A stretch of 64,000 nucleotides of DNA from Candidatus Moraniibacteriota bacterium (lineage in GTDB: Bacteria; Patescibacteriota; Minisyncoccia; Moranbacterales; UBA1568). Below, one piece after another: positions 47,300 to 58,155 of this stretch (position 1 is its first letter; each line of letters opens with the position of its first letter). A model generated the notes under the pieces. That model saw only the letters and a list, made by a program, of their open reading frames with translations. It had not been told where the DNA came from and made no database searches. The stretch spans positions 3,438 to 67,437 of the forward strand of contig CAIOMK010000059.1 of the NCBI GenBank assembly GCA_903859375.1, read 5' to 3'. The translations under genes and the position numbers were made by a program.

Positions 47300-48808
47300 T
47301 CAGGACTCCGGTTTTATAAGGTTTCTCGATACCCGATCGAAGTGGAACCGGAAAATCCAGTGTTCCACGACCGCGGAGAACGCCGCGGGATTTCTCCTCG
47401 CCGTTTCGATAAAGCTTCTCCAATACCATGAACGCGCCTGGGAAAGTATGCCGATCCGTACGACGGAAAACACAAATGCCCGCATGCTTCCCCACGAGAA
47501 ATGATGTCTCAAAAGCGGATTCGGTCGATACTCGTCAAGAAAGGTGAGGAGTCTCCCATAATACATCTCCGGGGAATAGATCGTCGAAACGACATTTCTG
47601 TAACCGACAGCCAACTCTTCTCTGGTCATTCCCTTCGGCGTGAAGTTGACGGTCCCGTCGGTATTGTCACCGGTCGAGTTTCCGAGAAGTCTCCCTTCCG
47701 CAGACAACCGGTGATACAACCTCGTGCCTGGCAACGCCTGTAGAGGCCCGACCATCGCCGTCAGCACTCCGGTAGTCTGGATAAGATCGATCATTTTTCG
47801 CGGTGTCTCCACGGTATCCTGATCGAATCCGAGCACATACCCTCCTTGTACCTGTATCCCTCTTTGGAACAGGTGTTTCACCGACGCAGGCATATCGACC
47901 CCCGCATTCAGGTGTTTATTGGCACCTTTCAGACTCTCGATTTCCGGTGTCTCGATACCGATGAAGACGCGGAAGAATCCTGCCCGTGCCATCATCGAGA
48001 TAAGTTCATCGTCATCAGCCAGACTGATATCGACCTGGGTATAGAACTGAAAAGGATACCCGTACGTCTGTTGGAAAACGGCTATTTCCGAGAGTACGCC
48101 CTTCGCCTTTTTTTTGTGTCCGATGAAATTGTCATCCGCGAAGAAGACCGACCCACGCCAACCGGCATAATACATGACGGATAATTCCTCGATGACCCGC
48201 GTGGCCGTTTTCAACCGCATGATACGCCCGTTCAATCCCGTCACGTTGCAGAATTCGCAATCATGAGGACAGCCTTTGCCGAACTGCAGGGACACTGATG
48301 AATAGCTTCGCATCGTCCCCTGCAGGAGATCCCAGCGGGGAATCGGGCTTATCATGATATCGCAATACACCTTCGCTTCCGACGCATACACCGGTTTCGC
48401 ATGACCCTGTTTCAGATCCTCCAAAAAATATGGGAGTGACCGCTCGGCTTCCCCGAGGACAAGATGATCGACCAACCCGGAAAATCGATCCGGGTCCGAC
48501 GTAAACATCGCTCCGCCAGCTACCGTATCCCTTCGAAAGAGCCGGCATCGGGCAAGCATCTCAACCGTCGCCTTGCTTTGCGCAAGCATCGCGCTTATGA
48601 ATACCAGGTCGGCCCAAAGGATATCCTCGTCCGAAATCTCACCGATATTCTCATCCAGCAACCGCAGAGTCCACTCTTTCGGGAGCATGGCGGCGATAGT
48701 CAACAGTCCGAGTGGCGGAAAAGCCGCTTTCTTTCCAGTGAATGCAAGCGCGTGCCTAAAGCTCCAGAACGTGTCCGGGTATTTCGGGTATACCAATAAT
48801 ACCTTCAT
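47300..48808 (-). CDS. B12-binding-domain radical SAM protein (class B rSAM)
   Basis: N-terminal B12-binding fold MKVLLVYPKYPDTFWSF... and radical SAM cluster CPHDCEFCNV. Confidence 0.85.
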   Translation of the reverse strand: MKVLLVYPKYPDTFWSFRHALAFTGKKAAFPPLGLLTIAAMLPKEWTLRLLDENIGEISDEDILWADLVFISAMLAQSKATVEMLARCRLFRRDTVAGGAMFTSDPDRFSGLVDHLVLGEAERSLPYFLEDLKQGHAKPVYASEAKVYCDIMISPIPRWDLLQGTMRSYSSVSLQFGKGCPHDCEFCNVTGLNGRIMRLKTATRVIEELSVMYYAGWRGSVFFADDNFIGHKKKAKGVLSEIAVFQQTYGYPFQFYTQVDISLADDDELISMMARAGFFRVFIGIETPEIESLKGANKHLNAGVDMPASVKHLFQRGIQVQGGYVLGFDQDTVETPRKMIDLIQTTGVLTAMVGPLQALPGTRLYHRLSAEGRLLGNSTGDNTDGTVNFTPKGMTREELAVGYRNVVSTIYSPEMYYGRLLTFLDEYRPNPLLRHHFSWGSMRAFVFSVVRIGILSQARSWYWRSFIETARRNPAAFSAVVEHWIFRFHFDRVSRNLIKPES

Positions 48809-48940
48809 GTAAGCCTCCTTTTAAGTGTCGTTGTCTATAAGCTGTTAAGGTTCGAAACGCTTTTCTCCCTGCTTTTCCTTATCTTGTAAGGACATTTCAT
48901 AGTACTCGCATCACCATCCGTTCGCAAGCCGTGCGTTTTT

Positions 48941-51586
48941 CTATAATTCTCCCCAATTTTTCCCGACCGCCGTTTCGACGATAAGCGGCACACGAAGTGC
49001 ATAAGCCGACTCCATGATCCGCTTCACTTCAACCGCGAATGCTTCCGCGATATCTTCCTTCACTTCGAAAATGAGTTCATCGTGTACCTGAAGCAACATC
49101 CGAACGGCATCGCCATACTTCGGAAGCATCGATGCAACATGCAACATCGACAGTTTCATAATATCCGCCGCGAGTCCCTGTATCGGCATATTGATTGCCA
49201 TACGCTCCCCTGACTGCGCAAGATTCCGATTATCACTGTTTATTTCTGGCACGTATCGTCTCCTTCCAAGCTCCGTTTCAACCAGGCCCTTTTCGCGCGC
49301 ACTCACTTTCATCCCTTCCATATAGCCCGTCACGCCTGGAAATTTCTTGAAGTATGTCTCGATGAACTCAGCCGCCTCCGCAGGCGTGATACCGAGGCTC
49401 TGCGAGAGTCCGTACGCACTCATGCCATACATGAGTCCGAAGTTGAACACCTTTGCCTGCCGCCGCATATCACTTGTCACGTCCGTAGGCACGACCCCGT
49501 ATACGGCCGATGCCGTCGCGGTGTGCACGTCTTCCCCGTTTTCAAACGCGGACACGAGTGATTGGTCCCCGCTCACATGCGCCATCACGCGGAGTTCGAT
49601 CTGTGAATAATCGGCACCGACCAACACCCATCCCGGCTCGGCTTCAAACGCTCCTCGGATCGCGGCACTCCATTTTTCACGTGCGGGAATATTCTGCAGA
49701 TTCGGCTCAGTCGAGGAAAGCCGGCCGGTCGCCGTAACTGCCTGCTGGAAAGTCGTATGGATTCTCGATTCCGCATCGACCAGTGAAGGGAATGCATCGA
49801 GATACGTGGTCTTCAGTTTGAATAATTCCCGCTCGTCTTCCACGAGTGCCACGATCGGATATTCCTTCAACTTCGCGAGCTCCGGCGACGCGGTCGAGAT
49901 GCCTGTTTTTGTCCGCTTGATGCCTTTCGTCGGGATACCGAGTTCATCAAACAATATCTCCGAGAGTTGTTTCGGCGAGTTCACATTGAATTCCTTCCCT
50001 GCGAGGACATACATCTCCTTTTCTATGCGCGCTATTTCCAGACCGATCGTGTCGGACAGCGTTCGGAATATATCGGTATTCAGTCGGATACCCTCTTCTT
50101 CCATGCGCGCGAGCACGAATATGAGCGGCATTTCCACCTCGTCGAACAATCGGCTGAGCGTCCACGCCTTTTGTTGCTCTCCGGATATCGTCGCCAGCTT
50201 CTCTCTCAATCGTTTTTCGAGACGATATATCCCTTCCGCGACGGTTCCAAAAGATTCACCGTCACATTCCTCGAGAAGAAGGTGCGACAGTTCGATGCGT
50301 GTTCCGGCTCGAAGCAGATATCCGGCAATCAGTGTATCGAAAGAAAGTCCTTTCAGGGTGATCGTCTCGGCCCGAAGCGTGTGCCATGCGGATTTTGCGT
50401 CATGAAAAACTTTTGGCGCCGCTTCGTTCTCAAGGAAAAGTTTCAGCGACGGCTTCGTTTCATCATTCCACTCTACGGAAACAGTCCCTCCCTCATGTGC
50501 CAATTCGACGGAAACCACACCGGCAGAGCCGAAAAGAGACGCCTCTCCGGAAACGACATTCACCGCGACCGGCGTTCCTTTCGTTCCCGTGAGAAAAGTC
50601 GCCACGTCTTCAGCCGTCTTCAGTACTTTCGTCTTTTTTTTCTTTCCTTCGTTTTTTTGCATCCCTGCTTCTGTCCGGCTTGATTCTTTATTCTCTATTC
50701 TTGATTCCTCTCCACCTGGCACACGCTTCAACAGGCTATAAAATCCCATTTCCCTGAATAATTCAGAAACGATAGCCGTGTCAAAATCACGGGCGACACA
50801 GGCCTCCGGGTCGAATGTGACCGGAGCATCGGTGTCGATGGTTCCCAGCTCCTTGGAGAAAAACGCCATCTCCTTATCGGATACGAGCTTCTTCCGTACC
50901 GATTCTTTCACCGATTCGAGTGAATCATAGATTTTTTCAAGCGACCCGAATTCGCGGAGCAGGTCCGTTGCCGTCTTCACTCCGATACCGGCCACTCCGG
51001 GAATATTGTCCGAGTTGTCCCCTGCGAGTCCTTTGTAGTCCGGAATGGCCGTCGGAGGAAAACCGTATTTTTCCCGCACGGCGATCTCGTCATACAACAC
51101 GATGTCTTTCACCCCTTTGCGCAGAGCGAAAACCTTTACCAACGGGGTCACGAGTTGGAGAGCGTCATTATCCCCCGTCACGATGACCGCGGGGATGCCC
51201 CGCTCGGAAGCCTGTCTCGCCAATGTGCCGACACAATCATCCGCTTCGAATCCCTCCTGTTCATAGATCGGGATATTGAATGCACGGACCAAGTCCTTCA
51301 CCAAAGGTATCTGCGCATACAGATCGTCCGGGGCCTTCACCCGGGTAGCCTTATAGTCCGCGAACTTCTTGTGCCGGAAGGTCGGTGCGGACAGGTCGAA
51401 CGACGCGGCAATGTATTCCGGATGAAACTTTTCCAACACAGACAAAAGCGTCATCGCTACGCCGTATACCGCCCCGACTGTCTGTCCGGCTTTGTTCGTC
51501 AACGGGGGAAGGGCGTGATATGCACGATGAATGAGCGCATTCCCGTCCAGCAACACCAGTATTTTTTCGTCCGTTTTCTTCGCCAT
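48941..51586 (-). CDS. polA: DNA polymerase I
   Basis: 5'-3' exonuclease N-terminus, and polymerase motifs RRQAKVFNFGLMYG and LLQVHDELIFE. Confidence 0.95.
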   Translation of the reverse strand: MAKKTDEKILVLLDGNALIHRAYHALPPLTNKAGQTVGAVYGVAMTLLSVLEKFHPEYIAASFDLSAPTFRHKKFADYKATRVKAPDDLYAQIPLVKDLVRAFNIPIYEQEGFEADDCVGTLARQASERGIPAVIVTGDNDALQLVTPLVKVFALRKGVKDIVLYDEIAVREKYGFPPTAIPDYKGLAGDNSDNIPGVAGIGVKTATDLLREFGSLEKIYDSLESVKESVRKKLVSDKEMAFFSKELGTIDTDAPVTFDPEACVARDFDTAIVSELFREMGFYSLLKRVPGGEESRIENKESSRTEAGMQKNEGKKKKTKVLKTAEDVATFLTGTKGTPVAVNVVSGEASLFGSAGVVSVELAHEGGTVSVEWNDETKPSLKLFLENEAAPKVFHDAKSAWHTLRAETITLKGLSFDTLIAGYLLRAGTRIELSHLLLEECDGESFGTVAEGIYRLEKRLREKLATISGEQQKAWTLSRLFDEVEMPLIFVLARMEEEGIRLNTDIFRTLSDTIGLEIARIEKEMYVLAGKEFNVNSPKQLSEILFDELGIPTKGIKRTKTGISTASPELAKLKEYPIVALVEDERELFKLKTTYLDAFPSLVDAESRIHTTFQQAVTATGRLSSTEPNLQNIPAREKWSAAIRGAFEAEPGWVLVGADYSQIELRVMAHVSGDQSLVSAFENGEDVHTATASAVYGVVPTDVTSDMRRQAKVFNFGLMYGMSAYGLSQSLGITPAEAAEFIETYFKKFPGVTGYMEGMKVSAREKGLVETELGRRRYVPEINSDNRNLAQSGERMAINMPIQGLAADIMKLSMLHVASMLPKYGDAVRMLLQVHDELIFEVKEDIAEAFAVEVKRIMESAYALRVPLIVETAVGKNWGEL

Positions 51587-51693
51587 AAATATTTTCAGGG
51601 TTGATTCCTCCTCTATTAGAGCCTTTTTCCTGAAGAATGTAAACCAGACAAGAACCGAACACGGTTTTGACGACTACGGATAGTGTCGGCGAT

Positions 51694-52137
51694 TCATTCC
51701 GAATCGCATACCGATATCCCGCGTTCCGTCTCTGAAACGGTTTCAATTGAGACGGTCACGATTTTTTTCGGAAGAATACTTTCGACACGCTCCGGCCATT
51801 CAAGTAATACCAGCCCTTCTGGATCCGAAATCCACTCTTCGAAACCGAGTCTGGCGAGATCATCCGAAGCATTGATGCGATAGGCGTCGATATGATAGAT
51901 ACGGCGGATACCCTGCGGGGACGGTAAAGCGAAATCGTAACGATGCATGATGACGAACGTCGGGCTTTGAAACGGCCCGACTGCGCCGAGCGCGGTCAAA
52001 ATTCCGGATGCAAATGCCGTCTTGCCCGCACCGAGATCTCCCCGGAGAGCGACGACACTTCCCGCGGGAAGGCGTGTTACGAGCTCCGCGGCGATACTTT
52101 TTGTCTCCTCTTCCGAACGTGAAATGATTTCAGACAT
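51694..52137 (-). CDS. tsaE: tRNA threonylcarbamoyladenosine biosynthesis protein TsaE
   Basis: P-loop LRGDLGAGKTAFASGIL and TsaE length. Confidence 0.85.
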   Translation of the reverse strand: MSEIISRSEEETKSIAAELVTRLPAGSVVALRGDLGAGKTAFASGILTALGAVGPFQSPTFVIMHRYDFALPSPQGIRRIYHIDAYRINASDDLARLGFEEWISDPEGLVLLEWPERVESILPKKIVTVSIETVSETERGISVCDSE

Positions 52138-52384
52138 AATCTATCGTATAATACTTCGACTTCCATACTATCAGATGCGCGCTCTCTCTTCCACCCGCTC
52201 TTTCTACCGTACGCTTTTGACTTTCGACTTTTGACTTTCGGCTGACCAGCTTCACCGGCCTGATATTTGACACAACCCTTTTTCCTTGCTATTTTACCTC
52301 TTCACAGGCGTTTTCCGGCGCACGCAAAGAGGGGCTCCGGAGATTCTGCGAAACTCCGTTTCCGACTTTTCTGATATTCCGCCT

Positions 52385-53539
52385 ATGTCCCTCTCTCCGG
52401 TCGAGCAGTTCTCCGAACTCGTACGGAAAAGCGTCCACCCGCTCATCCTTCTTCCAGCCCACCCGTCAAAAGATACGGTCGCATCGGCACTCGCGCTCGA
52501 AAGGTTCATCGCCTTATCGGGAAAACCGGTAACCGTCGCCGGAGACGATTTCTCCTCGCACACGCACGAACTCGGATTTTTGGAAATGCCGACAAATCCG
52601 CTCGATTCTCTTTCCGGTACGCGCGAATTCGTCCTTTCTTTCAACACGGAACGCAACCCCATACTCGGCACCAGGAGTGAACAGGTCGGGAATGAATTTC
52701 TTATACATATCACCCCGGAAAAAGGAACGATCGACCCCCGTGACTTTTCATTCATTCCGGCACGGCTTCAGTATGATGTCGCCTTCGTGCTTGGTGCCGC
52801 TGACAAAGAGTCTCTCGGATCCCTGTATGCCGAAAACTCGGACATCTTCTACGAAATCCCCATCGTGAATATCGACACGTCTGCCGGGAACGAGCGGTTC
52901 GGACAGGTAAACTTGGTCGATATGACCGCGTCTTCCATCGCCGAGATTCTTTTTGAGGCGATTCTTTCCATCGATGCGACCAAGGTGGACGAAGCCGTCG
53001 CGGAAGACCTGCTCACGGGAATAATCGCGGCGACCGAGAGCTTCCAACGCAAAAATACGACTCCGAAAGCGTTACAGGCGGCCTCCCGTCTTATCGAGCT
53101 CGGCGCAGATCGGGGAAAAATCGTACTCGCCCTCTATAAAACCCAGCCATTCGGAGTCCTCAAACTATGGGGCCGATTCATGTCCGCGCTTCGCTGGAGC
53201 GAAGAGCTCCGCCTTGCCTATGCGACCCTCTCACTTGATGATTTCATACAGAGTCGGACCCGTCCGGAAGATCTTCCCGAGATTCTCGACAAAGTCCGTG
53301 CCAATTTCTCATCAGGCACGTTGTTCGCGGCGGTTTACCCCGAAACGCCGACTGTGTCCGCGGTCGTTATCCGCGCCACGGATGCCGGTATCGCCGCGTC
53401 ACTCTCGACGAAAATTCCGGGGTCGAATCTGCGCGGAGACATGCTGTCATTTGCCATCCCTCTGCCTGCCGGAGAGGATGCGGAGTCGGGCCTGATTTCC
53501 ATTATTTCTTCCGCTCTCGCCGAGAACCAGCCAATTTGA
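52385..53539 (+). CDS. DHH/DHHA1-family phosphoesterase (NrnA-like nanoRNase/pAp phosphatase). Start at internal ATG 52385.
   Basis: DHH-type N-terminal domain (LLLPAHPSKDTVASALAL, AGDDF) and C-terminal DHHA1-like region. Confidence 0.65.
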   Translation: MSLSPVEQFSELVRKSVHPLILLPAHPSKDTVASALALERFIALSGKPVTVAGDDFSSHTHELGFLEMPTNPLDSLSGTREFVLSFNTERNPILGTRSEQVGNEFLIHITPEKGTIDPRDFSFIPARLQYDVAFVLGAADKESLGSLYAENSDIFYEIPIVNIDTSAGNERFGQVNLVDMTASSIAEILFEAILSIDATKVDEAVAEDLLTGIIAATESFQRKNTTPKALQAASRLIELGADRGKIVLALYKTQPFGVLKLWGRFMSALRWSEELRLAYATLSLDDFIQSRTRPEDLPEILDKVRANFSSGTLFAAVYPETPTVSAVVIRATDAGIAASLSTKIPGSNLRGDMLSFAIPLPAGEDAESGLISIISSALAENQPI

Positions 53540-53631
53540 CTTTTAACCGCACAATTGGTACTCTTTTCTTGAAGTATGGCACGCCATACTTTTTTGTTCT
53601 TTCATAATTCAACCCCTAAACAATGTAACTC

Positions 53632-54312
53632 ATGTCACGACTCCCCAAACACCCTCACGTTCCGATATCAAAGATAGCGGATCGATTGTTCGCTCATTTA
53701 AAAAATATTGCGGATAAACGGTATCACCTCACGCATCCCAGGAAATCAAACCTCTCTTCGTCAAGGCAGAACAAGAATTCCTTCATGTACTTCGACGAGA
53801 TTCTTTTTTTTCAGATCTCCAAGGAAAGCGTGTGGATCGCAATACTCGGACAAGGTCGAAAACTGATCAACTCGGAGCCTCCCACGACGGAACCGCTCGA
53901 CCAATTTCGAATCGCGTTCATGCCGCTCCCCCTTTCTTCGCACAAACTTTGCAATCTGTTCGTGCGGGAAACAAAATCAAGGAAAAAACAAAGTAACACC
54001 GGAGACATCACCATCGAACCTTTTTCTGAAATTTCACGTCTCACACTCGCGAGCGGGACCGAGAAAAAACTTTCCGAGGCACTTGGAGTCACAGACACGG
54101 GAAAAGACATGCTCATACTCAATCTCGAAGAAAAATTTCCGATGTGTTTTTTCTCCGGAAGTCACAGTATGGACGACAAGGCTCACATGTTGAACGGTAT
54201 TTTTAAAGGAGACCCCACCTCCTTGAACGACGCCACCGTTCTCGATATGGCACACCACCTCACTGCAGAGGTTCTCAAAGTCATTCACAGTATCCCCCAG
54301 GAACAACAATGA
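53632..54312 (+). CDS. Hypothetical 226-aa protein
   Basis: Complete ORF. Weak RBS. No motif. Confidence 0.4.
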   Translation: MSRLPKHPHVPISKIADRLFAHLKNIADKRYHLTHPRKSNLSSSRQNKNSFMYFDEILFFQISKESVWIAILGQGRKLINSEPPTTEPLDQFRIAFMPLPLSSHKLCNLFVRETKSRKKQSNTGDITIEPFSEISRLTLASGTEKKLSEALGVTDTGKDMLILNLEEKFPMCFFSGSHSMDDKAHMLNGIFKGDPTSLNDATVLDMAHHLTAEVLKVIHSIPQEQQ

Positions 54313-54448
54313 CATTCTATCGACGAACTGACCCGGCAACGTGACAAACGCGCTACCGGGTTTTTATTATGGGAATCCGTACCGAAACGTTCCATTTTTC
54401 GCCCTTTTCGGTTACAATGATGGAAGAAACTCCTCTTAAGAGGATGTA

Positions 54449-57400
54449 TTGTATCCTCCAAAAAAATCTTTTCCTAAACAGAATCCTATGGTTCAGGTCG
54501 TTTCAAAATCGTCGCAGGACTGGAGAGACGTAAAAACGAAAAAAGCGGCGACCGTTCTTCACGCACTCGAAGGCGCGTCCAAAGAGCAGGAGGCCGCCCA
54601 GAAAGCCGCGTTGCTCGGTGTTCCGTATCTTGACCTCAATATCTTTCCAGCAAACCCGATCGATGTGACTATTATTCCGAAGGAAGACGCGACAAGGCTC
54701 CATATAGCCATATTCGACAAGACAAAAGGCGTCGTCCGGGTAGCGTTCGACGATCCGACAGATTCCGAGGCCACTCAGTTTATCGAAAAACTGGCCAAAG
54801 AAAACGATTGGGTAGTCGAACCGTACGTCGTCTCGATGCAGTCACTTGAGAAGGTCTGGACGATCTATGACACCGCCCCGTTTCTACAGAGTCTCGATCT
54901 GTTCCGCGTTTCCCTCTCCGGAGAAGACCTGCGCCGGTTCGAAGAAAATTTCAGTGAACTTCTCAAACTGAAAAGCTCGTCTTCCATTTCCATTTCCCAA
55001 ACCATCGAAATCATTCTTGCCGGAGCGAACAAACTCCGGGCAAGCGACATCCATATCGAGCCGGAAACCGGTTCCGTGCGTCTCCGTTATCGTATAGACG
55101 GCGTCTTGCAGGATATAGGAGAACTCTCGAAGGACATCTATCGGTTGACGCTTTCGCGGGTGAAAATGCTTGCCGGCATGAAGATAAACATCCGGGACCG
55201 GTCTCAGGACGGCCATTTCGGCATCGAGCTCGACGGAAAAAAAGTCGACCTCCGAGTGAACATCATACCAGGCAGTCACGGTGAAAGCATCAACCTTCGC
55301 ATACTCAACGCCGAAAGTATCCTCTTGGATCTGAAAACGATTGGGCTGGACGGTGAAACCTTGGAAAAGGTTCTCCGCGCCATAGGAAAACCACATGGGA
55401 TGATCCTGAACACCGGGCCGACCGGTTCCGGCAAAACGACGACCCTCTATAGTCTTCTTCACACGCTCAACAAGCCAGAAATCAAGATCATCACTATCGA
55501 GGATCCGGTCGAATATCAGCTCCAGGGTGTTGTTCAGACCGAAGTATCCAAAAATCAGACATATACGTTCGCAGCCGCACTTCGGGCCATCGTCCGGCAA
55601 GATCCGGATGTGATTCTCGTCGGCGAAATCCGAGACGACGAGACCGCAGATATCTCAGTGAATGCCGCGCTCACCGGACACCTCCTCCTCTCGACGATTC
55701 ATGCGAACAGCGCGCCGGGTGCCGTAGGACGACTCATCGAGCTCGGAGTGAAGCCGTCACTCATAGCCTCCGCAACGGATATCATCATCGGACAAAGACT
55801 GGTTCGGATCCTCTGCCCGGATTGCAAGGAATCGTATGAGCCGGCGAAAGAAACCATCAGCTCCATAGAGCGCATCCTTTCAGTCATTTCTCCGAAGGCC
55901 CATATCGAGGTGCCTCACAACGTGAAGGAGCTCTGGAAGCCGGTCGGTTGCGTCAAATGCAATCTTACGGGCTATCATGGCCGAATCGGTATTTTCGAGG
56001 CATTCACGATCACGCCTCCGATAGAGGAGCTCATCGTGAACATGGGCACAGAAAGAGAGATCATGAGAGCCGCCATCGAAGACGGCATGGTGACCATGTT
56101 GCAAGACGGCATGATCAAGGCGCTCCGTGGCACGACGACACTCGAGGAGATATGGCGTGCGACCGGACAAAAGGAGAGCATGCAGGAACTCTACGAGGAG
56201 CTCATGCCGAGTCTTCTTTCGCGGGCATCGGACATCCCCGCCTCAGCATTCATATCGGCGCGGGAGAATATCTCGTCTTTCGAAATATTCGCAAAATACA
56301 CGGCGACACTCAATGATCATGACCTGATTCGCGTAATCTTTGCCGCCGCACTCTTTCTTCGGGCTGGTGATGTCCACTTCGAACCGACAGATGAATCCAT
56401 TCTCGTCCGATTCCGTATCGACGGCATCCTTCAGACCATCCTGTCTTTCCCAAAGAACATCTATCCGTCGATTCTCGGTGAGATCAAGCTTTGGAGCGGC
56501 CTGAAGACCGGGCAACGTTCCGGCGTAACGGATGGCCGGTTCACACTCTCCGTCGAAGAACCGTTCGAGCAGGTAAAGCCGGGGAAAATAGATGTCCGTC
56601 TTTCGATAATCCTGGGCGGATTCGGGGAAACGGCCGTCATGAGAATTTTAGGCGGTTCATCAATCACGTTGTCACTCGACGCGCTCGAGTTTCGAAAAGA
56701 GAATTTGTCCCGCATCGATGCTGCGCTCCGGAAGCCGAACGGGATGATCGTGAACGTCGGTCCGACCGGTTCCGGTAAGACGACAACACTCTATAGCATG
56801 CTTTCCAAACTCAATACCCCCGAAGTGAAGATCATCACAGTCGAGGACCCGATCGAATACCAGCTTCCGGGAGTATTGCAGACACAGGTGAACGAAGCGG
56901 AAGGGTATTCTTTCGCCGAAGCGCTCCGAGCACTTCTCCGTCAGAACCCGGATATCCTTATGCTCGGAGAAATCCGCGACGAGGAGACGGCCCGCATAGC
57001 CGTCCAGGCAGCCGTCACAGGACACCTCGTCCTCTCGACGGTTCACGCGAACAGCGCTGCCGGAGCTGTATCCCGTATTATCGGCATGGGCGTTCCGACC
57101 GACGACCTCGCGAATGCGATAAACTGTTTCATTTCCCAACGTCTCGTCCGAAGACTCTGTCCGAATTGTCGCAAGGAAGAACAGCCCACCCAGGAAGAAA
57201 CAACCCTGATCGAACGCATCCTTGGAAAAGTCGACAACGCGCTCCTCACGGAAGTTCCCCCGACAGACAAGGTATTCCGCACGGTCGGATGTCCGAAATG
57301 TAACGGAGTCGGTTATTCCGGACAGATCGTCTTATCGGAGGTCTTATTGAAAGATCCTGATATCGAAGGACTTATCGCGGGGAACGCACTTTCGTCAGAA

Positions 57401-57514
57401 ATAAACGCGACAGCCGTAAAGAACGGCATGATTCCCCTTTCGGTCGACGGAATACTCGCCGTACTTGAAGGAAGGACGACCATCGATGAGGTTCGCCGCG
57501 TCACAGACGAATAA
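54449..57514 (+). CDS. Tandem-duplicated GspE/PilB-type secretion ATPase: two complete ATPase modules fused in one 1021-aa polypeptide
   Basis: Walker A GPTGSGKTTTLYS at about residue 330 and again at about 770. Asp box and His box present twice. Zn tetracysteine motifs CPDC...CVKC and CPNC...CPKC present twice. GspE_N-like N-terminus. Confidence 0.85.
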   Translation: MYPPKKSFPKQNPMVQVVSKSSQDWRDVKTKKAATVLHALEGASKEQEAAQKAALLGVPYLDLNIFPANPIDVTIIPKEDATRLHIAIFDKTKGVVRVAFDDPTDSEATQFIEKLAKENDWVVEPYVVSMQSLEKVWTIYDTAPFLQSLDLFRVSLSGEDLRRFEENFSELLKLKSSSSISISQTIEIILAGANKLRASDIHIEPETGSVRLRYRIDGVLQDIGELSKDIYRLTLSRVKMLAGMKINIRDRSQDGHFGIELDGKKVDLRVNIIPGSHGESINLRILNAESILLDLKTIGLDGETLEKVLRAIGKPHGMILNTGPTGSGKTTTLYSLLHTLNKPEIKIITIEDPVEYQLQGVVQTEVSKNQTYTFAAALRAIVRQDPDVILVGEIRDDETADISVNAALTGHLLLSTIHANSAPGAVGRLIELGVKPSLIASATDIIIGQRLVRILCPDCKESYEPAKETISSIERILSVISPKAHIEVPHNVKELWKPVGCVKCNLTGYHGRIGIFEAFTITPPIEELIVNMGTEREIMRAAIEDGMVTMLQDGMIKALRGTTTLEEIWRATGQKESMQELYEELMPSLLSRASDIPASAFISARENISSFEIFAKYTATLNDHDLIRVIFAAALFLRAGDVHFEPTDESILVRFRIDGILQTILSFPKNIYPSILGEIKLWSGLKTGQRSGVTDGRFTLSVEEPFEQVKPGKIDVRLSIILGGFGETAVMRILGGSSITLSLDALEFRKENLSRIDAALRKPNGMIVNVGPTGSGKTTTLYSMLSKLNTPEVKIITVEDPIEYQLPGVLQTQVNEAEGYSFAEALRALLRQNPDILMLGEIRDEETARIAVQAAVTGHLVLSTVHANSAAGAVSRIIGMGVPTDDLANAINCFISQRLVRRLCPNCRKEEQPTQEETTLIERILGKVDNALLTEVPPTDKVFRTVGCPKCNGVGYSGQIVLSEVLLKDPDIEGLIAGNALSSEINATAVKNGMIPLSVDGILAVLEGRTTIDEVRRVTDE

Positions 57515-57566
57515 AAAGGCCTCATCTTTGACGATGAAGCCTTATCCAAATCTTGAACATGAAGCA

Positions 57567-58073
57567 TTATCCCATATGGGATGTGGCGTGCTTATGCGTC
57601 TCGGAAAATCTTTTTGTTGTCTCGATAGCCTCTCTCATATCTCCAACATCCGCTACAACCACGACCGTTCCGGTCGCCATCATCTGCTCAATGGGTGACA
57701 AGACCCGGTGGACCACTCCCGGCGGTAGCCAGAACCCGCATCGGTCGGCGCCGGTCTCTGCACAATCCCATCTCATACAACCGACAAGCTTGATCGGATT
57801 TTCGGAGTATCTCACGGCGTACTCCGGAATCTGAAAATTCTTCTCTGCCGAGGAATACAAAGTCACCGGGTCACCGATGAAGATAGGTTTTCCGCACCAC
57901 GCACAACGGATAGCCATTTTTTCGAGACACCCGTGACAGAACGGCGTCTTATTCCCCTTGATCGGTATTTTCGTCTTCGATCTTCCGCCGAACGCCACAA
58001 CCGTTCCGTCTCTCCATGTCTTGTGACCGCAATCGGCGATGATGGGGTACAGTATTCCGCTAAAAATCGACAT
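57567..58073 (-). CDS. Hypothetical Cys-rich 168-aa protein
   Basis: CxxC pairs (CHGC, CAWCGKP, CMRWDC) suggest metal binding. Confidence 0.45.
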   Translation of the reverse strand: MSIFSGILYPIIADCGHKTWRDGTVVAFGGRSKTKIPIKGNKTPFCHGCLEKMAIRCAWCGKPIFIGDPVTLYSSAEKNFQIPEYAVRYSENPIKLVGCMRWDCAETGADRCGFWLPPGVVHRVLSPIEQMMATGTVVVVADVGDMREAIETTKRFSETHKHATSHMG

Positions 58074-58155
58074 TTTCGTCTCCTGTTTTTAAGGATTCAT
58101 GAAACCTTTCTCGTGCAAGAAATATGACAAAAATGACAAATTTCGTCAATATGTA

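Noticed and set aside
49806-50683. Plus-strand ORFs 49806..50405 and 49967..50683
   Set aside because: They are antisense to polA.
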